Assembly (NCBI GenBank): GCA_965223845.1
Contig: CBDCXR010000004.1
Location: 4,384,001 to 4,448,000, forward strand
Length of the DNA stretch: 64,000 bases
Source of the DNA: Planctomycetota bacterium
GTDB taxonomy: Bacteria; Planctomycetota; UBA8108; SXIK01
Direction of reading: 5' to 3'
In this document: positions 57,848-64,000 of the stretch, piece by piece
Layout: every line of letters starts with the position of its first letter
How positions within the stretch are numbered: the first letter of the stretch is position 1
Made by a program: the position numbers and the translations under genes
The notes under the pieces: generated by a model
Databases searched by the model: none
Told to the model about the DNA's origin: nothing
The model's input: only the letters and a program-made list of their open reading frames with translations

Positions 57848-59275
57848 TCACCCCGCGATGCCGTCCCGGAATCGATCGATCGCTCGCGCGCGGGACGCCT
57901 TGAGATCGACGATCGGCCGCGGATACCCACACGCGTCGCAGAGCGCTGGGGCGCGCTCCCCCGGGAGATGGATCGCGCGATCTTCGATGTCCGCGAGCTC
58001 GGGAAGATGCCGTCGAATGAACTCGCCGTCCGGATCGAACCGCTCGCTCTGCGTGACCGGATTGAACACCCGAAAGTACGGCGCCGCATCGGTTCCCACG
58101 GACGCCGACCACTGCCAGCCGCCGTTGTTGTTCGCGAAGTCTCCGTCGACGAGGTGTCGCATGAAGTGGCGCTCGCCGCGGCGCCAATCGACGAAGAGGT
58201 TTTTCGTGAGAAAGGATGCGGTGATCATACGGAGACGGTTGTGCATCCAGCCGGTGTCCCTTAGTGCGCGCATCGCCGCATCGACGATCGGTACGCCTGT
58301 CGTCCCGCTCCTCCAGCGCTCGAATCCTTCTTGGTCATCGCGCCACGAGATCGATCGAGTCCGAAGATCAAACGGCTCGCCGCGACAGACGCGCGGGAAC
58401 CCGACGAGGACGTGCCGGTAGAACTCACGCCAAATCAGCTCGGAGATCCATTTCGCGACTCCGACCGCGCCGTCCAGCTCACCTCCGTTCGCTCGGCGAG
58501 CAACGTCGAGGCACTCCCGAGGCGAGATGACCCCGAGCGCGAGATACGGCGAGAGTGCGCTCGTTCCTCCTACCGCGGGGCGATCGCGGTCATCTGCGTA
58601 CTGATCGGCGCGCTGCTCGAGGAATTCGCGGAGCCTCGCGCGCGCGCTCGACTCGCCGGTCGGCCAGAGGTCCGCCTTGCTGACGCGTGCGAATCCTTCG
58701 ACTCGAGTCGAGATCGGCGTCGACTTGACGTCAGCTCGCTTCTGTCGCCGCGGCAACTCGCGCCCGGGAGTCGAACCCCTCTCCTCGACCGCCGCGATCC
58801 ACTTCTTCCGGTAGGGAGTGAAAACGGTGTAGAAGCGGCCGTCATTCGTCCTGAGCTCGTGCGGTGCGACGATCGTTTGATCGTCGAACGCGTGCACCGA
58901 ACGACCCGAAGCTTCGAAGCGCTCCCGTACGGTTTCGTCGCGCGACTTTTCGTTTACTTCGTACTCGAGATTGAACCAGACGCTGTCGCAGTCGTGGCGC
59001 TCCGCCACGTCGAGCAATCGGCGCGGGACTCCCCCGAATCGAGGTTCTTCGATGACGATGAGAGGGATCCCGAGTCTCCCGAGCGACGCCGAAAGATCGC
59101 GCAGGTTTCGAAGAAGGAAGTCGACCTTGATCGACGCCCAGTCGTGCTCTTTCCACTGCTGCGGACAGACCGTGAACACGGCGAGCACGCCGCGCGTGGC
59201 GGCGCGGCAGGCTTCGAAGAGAGCGGTGTTGTCTCGGACGCGAAGATCCGAGCGGAACCAGATGAGAGGACGCAC
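57848..59275 (-). CDS. phrB: Deoxyribodipyrimidine photolyase (class I CPD)
   Basis: WFRSDLRVRDNTAL, TSALSPYL, ELIWREFY, TGVPIVDAAMR, GWMHNRLRMITASFL and NNGGWQWSASVGTDAAPYFRVFNP. Confidence 0.96.
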   Translation of the reverse strand: MRPLIWFRSDLRVRDNTALFEACRAATRGVLAVFTVCPQQWKEHDWASIKVDFLLRNLRDLSASLGRLGIPLIVIEEPRFGGVPRRLLDVAERHDCDSVWFNLEYEVNEKSRDETVRERFEASGRSVHAFDDQTIVAPHELRTNDGRFYTVFTPYRKKWIAAVEERGSTPGRELPRRQKRADVKSTPISTRVEGFARVSKADLWPTGESSARARLREFLEQRADQYADDRDRPAVGGTSALSPYLALGVISPRECLDVARRANGGELDGAVGVAKWISELIWREFYRHVLVGFPRVCRGEPFDLRTRSISWRDDQEGFERWRSGTTGVPIVDAAMRALRDTGWMHNRLRMITASFLTKNLFVDWRRGERHFMRHLVDGDFANNNGGWQWSASVGTDAAPYFRVFNPVTQSERFDPDGEFIRRHLPELADIEDRAIHLPGERAPALCDACGYPRPIVDLKASRARAIDRFRDGIAG

Positions 59276-59277
59276 GA

Positions 59278-59838
59278 TCAGAGCTCGGCAATAGCCGCTT
59301 CGAGCCGCGAAAGCGCCGCGGTCGAGTATCCGCGATCGTAGAAAAACGCGACGCGTCCCGTCTCATCGAGAAGGACGACGCGCGCCGGGAGCGGATTTTC
59401 ATTTCCGAGAAACTCCGCCACGCGATCGCCGTCGCCGTAGATCGTGACGACGATGGCCCAGTCCTCGGACGGAATTCCCGCGCGCATTCCGTCGTTGATC
59501 GCGCGGGCAAAGAGACCGGGAACGAGACCCGGAATCGTCGGCAGCTCGTAGACGGGGATCTCAATCGAGGTTTCTCGGAGACCGAGCAGCCAGCGGTCGA
59601 TGTCGAACTGCGATTCCCTCTCGTACCCGACGAAGAGCAGCACTCGATCCCCCGCGAAGTCGCTCGGAATCGAAATGGTCTTCTCGGTCAGCGTGACGCC
59701 GGTGACTGCCGGGAAACGATCACCGACGGGATCGCGCCGCGGGTGCGTGGTTGAGCAGCCGGCGAGAATCAGCATACAGACGAAAGCCGGCGAGGAGGCG
59801 CGCCTCCTCGTTCGTCTAGTTCGTTCGGTCCTAGTCAT
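59278..59838 (-). CDS. Lipoprotein with Cys-less thioredoxin-like (ATP10-like) fold
   Basis: Lipobox LAGC, VGDRFPAVTG, SQFDIDRW, YELPTI, MRAGIP and RVVLLDETGRV. ATGA overlap with the upstream regulator. Confidence 0.7.
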   Translation of the reverse strand: MTRTERTRRTRRRASSPAFVCMLILAGCSTTHPRRDPVGDRFPAVTGVTLTEKTISIPSDFAGDRVLLFVGYERESQFDIDRWLLGLRETSIEIPVYELPTIPGLVPGLFARAINDGMRAGIPSEDWAIVVTIYGDGDRVAEFLGNENPLPARVVLLDETGRVAFFYDRGYSTAALSRLEAAIAEL

Positions 59839-60764
59839 CGTTCTAGTTTCTGGTCTTTCTGCCGGTCTTCTCCGCCGCGAGCGGCGAGCGATCCAGCTCT
59901 GAGCCAAGCATCGAACTCGGCGAGATCGGGAAAGTACTCGACACCACGCACGCCCCGCCGGAGGCGCTTAGCCCCTTGCCCGCCGGCGATCACAATGACG
60001 TCGGGCGGGAGACCCGCCCGCAGTTCCGCGAGTTGCCGTTCGGTTTCGACTCCGCACGTCGCGAGCGACACGCTCAGTGCGAGAGCGGTGGCGTCCAACT
60101 CGCGCGCGGCGGCAAGTACTTCGTCGTTCGGGACCTCGATTCCGAGGTTCACGCACCTCAATCGGGCGGAGGTTAGAATCGACGCGGCAGCGAGCAGCCC
60201 AAAGCGGTGGCGTTCGCCAGAGATCGTCGCGAGAAGCACCGTGGGCGCCCGCGTCTCAAGCGGCTCGTCCCGGAGCCGCGCCCGGAGCACGTCTTCGATG
60301 ACCTCGGAAAGAAGGTGCTCGTGCCGGACTTGAAACGTCCCCGCGCGCCACTCTTCGCCGACGGCACGGAGGAGCGGAACGACACGGTCGAGGACGAACG
60401 CGCGCAGCCCGCGCTCTCGTGCGTCCGATTCGAGCGCCGCGAAGAGCTCTCGATCCGCGAAGTCGCGAGCGAGTGAGAGGAGCGGCTGCAGCTCTGCGCT
60501 CGCGGCCGAAATCGCAACCGCGTTCTCGCGGAGGAGCGCGTCGAGCTCGGCCGCGCTCTTCGTGAGAACGCTCGCCGGACGGTGACCGAGAGCGACGGCA
60601 TCCGCAACTCGGTGCAACCACTCGACCTGTTCGGGCGTGAACCGCCGGTGCCCCGACGGCAGGCGGACAGGCTGTGGACGGCCGTACCGGCGCTCCCACG
60701 CGCGCAGCGTTTCCACGCCGATCCCGGTCGATTCGGCTACCGCGGCGATCGAGACGGCATCCAT
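59835..60764 (-). CDS. carH: MerR-family adenosylcobalamin-dependent photoreceptor/repressor (CarH/LitR type)
   Basis: MerR HTH (TLRAWERRYG...GHRRF), W-x9-EH motif (WRAGTFQVRHEH), B12-binding ExH (GERHRFG) and GGQG. Adjacent to photolyase. Confidence 0.88.
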   Translation of the reverse strand: MDAVSIAAVAESTGIGVETLRAWERRYGRPQPVRLPSGHRRFTPEQVEWLHRVADAVALGHRPASVLTKSAAELDALLRENAVAISAASAELQPLLSLARDFADRELFAALESDARERGLRAFVLDRVVPLLRAVGEEWRAGTFQVRHEHLLSEVIEDVLRARLRDEPLETRAPTVLLATISGERHRFGLLAAASILTSARLRCVNLGIEVPNDEVLAAARELDATALALSVSLATCGVETERQLAELRAGLPPDVIVIAGGQGAKRLRRGVRGVEYFPDLAEFDAWLRAGSLAARGGEDRQKDQKLER

Positions 60765-60850
60765 GGGGAACTCACCGGCAAATCTCGTAATCCGTTCCTA
60801 GTTCTCTACTTGAAGATTCCAAGCACGATCCAGTCTACCTCAGCCTGCTC

Positions 60851-60878
60851 ATTTGTACAATAATTTATCTGTACAAAA
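60851..60878. promoter_or_regulatory. Putative CarH/LitR operator (TGTACA-N10-TGTACA) in the divergent promoter region
   Basis: ATTTGTACAATAATTTATCTGTACAAAA is an AT-rich island with TGTACA at 60854-60859 and 60870-60875. It lies between carH and the DUF523/1722 gene. Confidence 0.6.
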
Positions 60879-60967
60879 TCCTTCTGGCGACGTACTCTTA
60901 GATTGACGGACGGGGACCGCACTCGCCGTCAGACCCGCGGGCGCCGCCCGCCGACCGAACCCAAAGG

Positions 60968-61930
60968 ATGAACATGAGCGAGACCGCGCCGATCCGCATC
61001 GGGACCTCCGCCTGCCTCCTCGGCCAGAACGTTCGCTTCGACGGCGGACACAAGCGCGACGCGTACCTCGTCGACGCACTCGGCCCCATCGCGACGTTCG
61101 TCCCGATTTGTCCCGAAGCGGAACTCGGCTTGGGAGTGCCGCGTGAGACGCTGCGCCTCGTCCGGGTGGAGCGCGACGTCGCTCTCGTGGGAACGAAATC
61201 TGGGCAGGACCACACCGAGTCGATGCGAGCCTACGCGCGCGAGAGATCGCGGCAGATCGCCGAGCTCGACCTGTCCGGATTCGTGCTCAAGAAGGACTCA
61301 CCTACGTGCGGCGTTCACCGAGTACGCGTCTACGATTCGAATGGCGTTCCCTCCCGAACAGGCACGGGCGTCTTCGCCGAAGAGCTCGCGAAAGCTTGCC
61401 CGCTCCTTCCGATCGAGGAGGAAGGGCGACTCCGGGATCCGCATCTCCGCGAAAACTTCTTCGAGCGAGTCTTCGCGTACCGGCGCCTGAAGCTCTTCTT
61501 CGCGAGCGCGTGGACTCGCGGCGGGCTCGTCGCCTTTCATTCGCGAGAGAAAACTCTCCTCCTTGCGCACGACAACGGAGCGTACCGCGAGCTCGGCCGA
61601 CTCGTAGCTCGCTCCAAACGCGAAGAGCGAGGCGAGCTCGCTCGCGAGTACGGCACGCGATTCATGGGCGCCCTCGCGCGCGTCGCAACTCCGAAACGAC
61701 ACCGAAACGTCCTCGAGCATCTCGCCGGATACTTCAAGAAGACACTCGGCCGCGATGAGAAAACAACGCTTCGCTGCCACATCGAAGATTTCGCACACGG
61801 ACTCGTTCCGCTCGTCGTCCCGATCACGCTGCTTCGACTATTCATCCGCCAGCACGGCGTGGAGTATCTCGCGCACCAGACTTACCTCGAGCCGCATCCG
61901 AAAGAGCTCGCGCTCCGCAATCACGTCTAG
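60968..61930 (+). CDS. DUF523 (TudS thiouracil desulfurase) + DUF1722 fusion, YbgA/RudS-like
   Basis: SACLLGQNVRFDGGH, ICPEAELGLGVPRE, KKDSPTCG, EEEGRL, FHSREK, GYFK and QTYLEPHPKEL. Confidence 0.92.
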   Translation: MNMSETAPIRIGTSACLLGQNVRFDGGHKRDAYLVDALGPIATFVPICPEAELGLGVPRETLRLVRVERDVALVGTKSGQDHTESMRAYARERSRQIAELDLSGFVLKKDSPTCGVHRVRVYDSNGVPSRTGTGVFAEELAKACPLLPIEEEGRLRDPHLRENFFERVFAYRRLKLFFASAWTRGGLVAFHSREKTLLLAHDNGAYRELGRLVARSKREERGELAREYGTRFMGALARVATPKRHRNVLEHLAGYFKKTLGRDEKTTLRCHIEDFAHGLVPLVVPITLLRLFIRQHGVEYLAHQTYLEPHPKELALRNHV

Positions 61931-62065
61931 CCGTCGCGCCCGATCCGGCAGGATCGTGGCGAAATTCGAAGTGCGTCGTTTTCTTGGGACGCCGGCGAGT
62001 AGAATCCCCGGTGACGTCCGGGTTACGATCGGGATCCAGATCGCGAGCACGAAGGAGATCCGATC

Positions 62066-62764
62066 ATGACGAAGACGCAAGTCATCGCCCTCCTCAAAAA
62101 GAACAAAGATGATCGCGGCATCGCCCACTGGAAGCGGCTCGGCGCGAGGGATCTGAAGAGCTTCGGGATCGGTCTCACGAAGCTGCGAAAGCTGGCCAAG
62201 GAAGTCGGCCGCGATCACAAGCTCGCGCAAGAGCTCTTAGGAAGTGACATCTACGACGCGCGCGTCGTCGGCATGCTGATCGACGAACCGAAGAAGATGA
62301 CGCGCGAGCAAGTCGAAGAGCAGGCCGACGACCTCGGTTACCCGATGTTCTCCCACATCTTCACCTCGTGTGGAGCTCCACTCCCCAAGACGCCGTTCGC
62401 GCGCGATCTCGCCGTCGAGTGGATGGACAGCAAGGACCCCGTCCGCCGGTGCTGCGGGTACGGTCTCCTCTACGAGCTCGGCAAGGACAAGCGCGACAAG
62501 GAGCTCACCGACGCGTTCTTCAAGAAGTACGTCGAGCGCATCCGAAAGACGATCCGCGACGAGGAGAACTGGGTCAGAAACGCGATGAATACGTCGCTCC
62601 TCAGCATCGGAAAACGCAATCTCGCGCTCAACAAAGCGACGCTCAAGGCCGCGAAGGCGATCGGGCCCGTCGACGTCGACTACGGGGACGACAATAGCTG
62701 CGAGGTGATGGACGTCGTGAAGCATCTCTCGTCGGACTGGTTGCAAGAGAAGCTCAAGGCCTAA
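62066..62764 (+). CDS. DNA alkylation repair protein (AlkD-like HEAT repeat)
   Basis: FGIGLTKLRKLAKEVGRDHKLAQEL, YDAR, VRNAMN and IGPVDVDYGDDNSC. Confidence 0.82.
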   Translation: MTKTQVIALLKKNKDDRGIAHWKRLGARDLKSFGIGLTKLRKLAKEVGRDHKLAQELLGSDIYDARVVGMLIDEPKKMTREQVEEQADDLGYPMFSHIFTSCGAPLPKTPFARDLAVEWMDSKDPVRRCCGYGLLYELGKDKRDKELTDAFFKKYVERIRKTIRDEENWVRNAMNTSLLSIGKRNLALNKATLKAAKAIGPVDVDYGDDNSCEVMDVVKHLSSDWLQEKLKA

Positions 62765-62982
62765 CCGCACTGTCCGGGGCTCGTCGTATCGCGCGCTACG
62801 CTCGTTCGAGGCGAGGCGGGGACTGATCTCTGCGGTCAGGCGCGCTCCCGCGCCAGCCATCCGCTTCGAAGCCGGAAATCCTCGGGCGGGATAAGCGACA
62901 AGGTCGCCGTCTTGCGAGGTCCGCCTCCGCCGAGGAGCGCCGCGGTCCGTAGACGGGCCTCTAGAACGCGTCTTCATTTTTT

Positions 62983-63008
62983 TGCGTCCTTTTGGTGGAA
63001 CGGTCGAC
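62983..63008 (+). promoter_or_regulatory. Putative ECF (SigZ) promoter TGCGTC-N16-CGAC
   Basis: Bipartite motif preceded by a T-tract, upstream of the DUF2703-sigZ pair. Inference from general ECF promoter architecture. Confidence 0.35.
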
Positions 63009-63121
63009 TGTAGAGGCAGAACCAGTCGCTCCGGGCGGGTGAGACCGCGAGAAAAGTCGAGGGATTCGACACTCTCAGCTCGCCGGGCCCGATCGCCGCC
63101 TAGATTCACAGGAGGACCGTC

Positions 63122-63661
63122 GTGCAAGAGAAGCGAACGATTGCCGTCGAGTTTCTTTACCTCGACCTGACGAATTGTGGCCGCTGTGTCGGCACGGGCA
63201 GTAACCTCACAGAGGCGATCGACCGCCTCTCGCCTACGCTGAATGAGATCGGCGTGCAATTGGACGTCCGCAGAATCCACGTGAGAACCAAGGAAGAAGC
63301 TCGTCGGCGCGGCCTCGAAATCTCGCCGACCGTTCGCGTCGAGGGCCGCGACATCCAATCCGATTGGACCGCCAGCGAATGCGGCGGTTGCGACGATCTC
63401 TGCTGTCCCGGCTCCACGAAAGTCGACTGCCGGCTGTGGGACTGGGCCGGCGAGAAACACACGGTTGCTCCAGTCCCCCTGCTCATGCGAGCCATCCTCG
63501 CGGAGTGTTTCTCGGGAGAGGTCGAGCGTCGGCGAAAGGACGGAGACGAGCTCTCTGAGAATCTGGAGCGTTTCTTTCAAGCCAAAGTTGCATCATCCCG
63601 ACGCACTTCAACCGAAAGGACGCGCGAGACAGCCTCCCGCTGCTGTCCCGAGTGCTGCTGA
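63122..63661 (+). CDS. DUF2703-family Cys-rich thioredoxin-fold protein
   Basis: FLYLDLTNCGRCVGT, SPTVRVEGRDI, ECGGC..LCC, DCRLW, NLERFF and C-terminal CCPECC. RBS AGGAGG before the GTG. Confidence 0.85.
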   Translation: MQEKRTIAVEFLYLDLTNCGRCVGTGSNLTEAIDRLSPTLNEIGVQLDVRRIHVRTKEEARRRGLEISPTVRVEGRDIQSDWTASECGGCDDLCCPGSTKVDCRLWDWAGEKHTVAPVPLLMRAILAECFSGEVERRRKDGDELSENLERFFQAKVASSRRTSTERTRETASRCCPECC

Positions 63662-63675
63662 GGTCTCTTGCCACC

Positions 63676-64000
63676 ATGAGCGAACCCGCCGCGACCGAAC
63701 ACGCCTGGGAGCAACTCAGTCGAAGTCTCTTCGCGTTCATACGACGACGAGTTGCCGACGACGAGACGGCGGCCGATCTCGTACAGGAGGTTTTCGTCCG
63801 GGTGCAGAGCGGGATCGGTACGCTCGAGAACGAGCAAAAGCTCTTCGCCTGGGTGTTCCGCATCGCCCGCAACACGGTCGCCGACCACTACCGGAGCCGC
63901 CGTAGCATCGAGTCTCTCGACCACGACCCGGCGGCGACGCCGGGCGACGAGGAATCCGATCTGAACGACCAAGTCGGAAGCTGCCTGCGAGCCATGCTTC
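63676..64000 (+). CDS. sigZ: ECF sigma factor, SigZ-like, partial (runs off the right edge)
   Basis: Absent from the ORF track. Manual translation gives MSEPAATEHAWEQLSRSLFAFIRRRVADDETAADLVQEVFVRVQ...WVFRIARNTVADHYRS...VGSCLRAML. Confidence 0.8.
   Translation, partial: MSEPAATEHAWEQLSRSLFAFIRRRVADDETAADLVQEVFVRVQSGIGTLENEQKLFAWVFRIARNTVADHYRSRRSIESLDHDPAATPGDEESDLNDQVGSCLRAML

Noticed and set aside
63659-63679. Possible third Sec: DUF2703 ends CC-TGA, and read-through (GLLPP) would stop at a TGA overlapping the sigZ ATG (ATGA).
   Set aside because: No convincing hairpin follows the TGA, TGAGGT is adequately explained as the sigZ ribosome-binding site, and terminal CC motifs are common. Worth only a homolog check.
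1-64000. Genome-wide reassignment of UGA (code 4/25) as the explanation for the in-frame TGAs.
   Set aside because: Many genes end at TGA exactly at their family C-terminus (ALRHE*, GGT, RtcA) and in ATGA/GTGA overlaps, and Trp is encoded by TGG. UGA is normally a stop here.

Overview
High-GC bacterial DNA, most likely from an uncultured Planctomycetota. The evidence is a PSCyt/DUF1549 cytochrome protein, an ECF sigma/Ser-Thr kinase pair, an ECF with a long membrane-anchored extension, four proteins with Cys-capped dockerin-like tails, and a sulfatase. I find about 37 real CDSs, mostly exported or cell-envelope proteins, and no rRNA, tRNA, CRISPR array or mobile element. Most other ORFs in the supplied track are antisense or alternative-frame shadows. 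The main observation is that two genes which the ORF track splits in two are each one frame interrupted by a single in-frame TGA, followed by a short GC-rich hairpin with a G-initiated loop (SECIS-like). (1) 49260-50339(-) is an exported AhpC/TSA-type protein with a W-U-P-F-C (UxxC) motif, a known selenoprotein class, which suggests the organism decodes UGA as selenocysteine. (2) ~9513-12455(+) is a lipoprotein with an FG-GAP/ASPIC-UnbV (CRTAC1-like) propeller and a C-terminal TlpA CxxC domain. Its UGA lies within the propeller region (D-T-U-S-V-Y-W-R) and not in the thioredoxin domain, so it is a candidate new selenoprotein family. It heads a same-strand run with a TPR/FG-GAP lipoprotein and a porin. 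Other notable loci are an ECF plus kinase-TPR-malectin signalling unit, a PL10 pectate lyase/esterase fusion, a CX5R phosphatase-fold/cytochrome c' fusion, a TolC-2xMFP-MacB pump lacking its ATPase, a B12 photoreceptor (CarH/LitR)-photolyase-DUF523/1722 light-response locus, and a DUF2703-sigZ pair. All family calls come from motif recognition by eye, with no database searches. Start codons were adjusted using RBS and signal-peptide evidence and are approximate.
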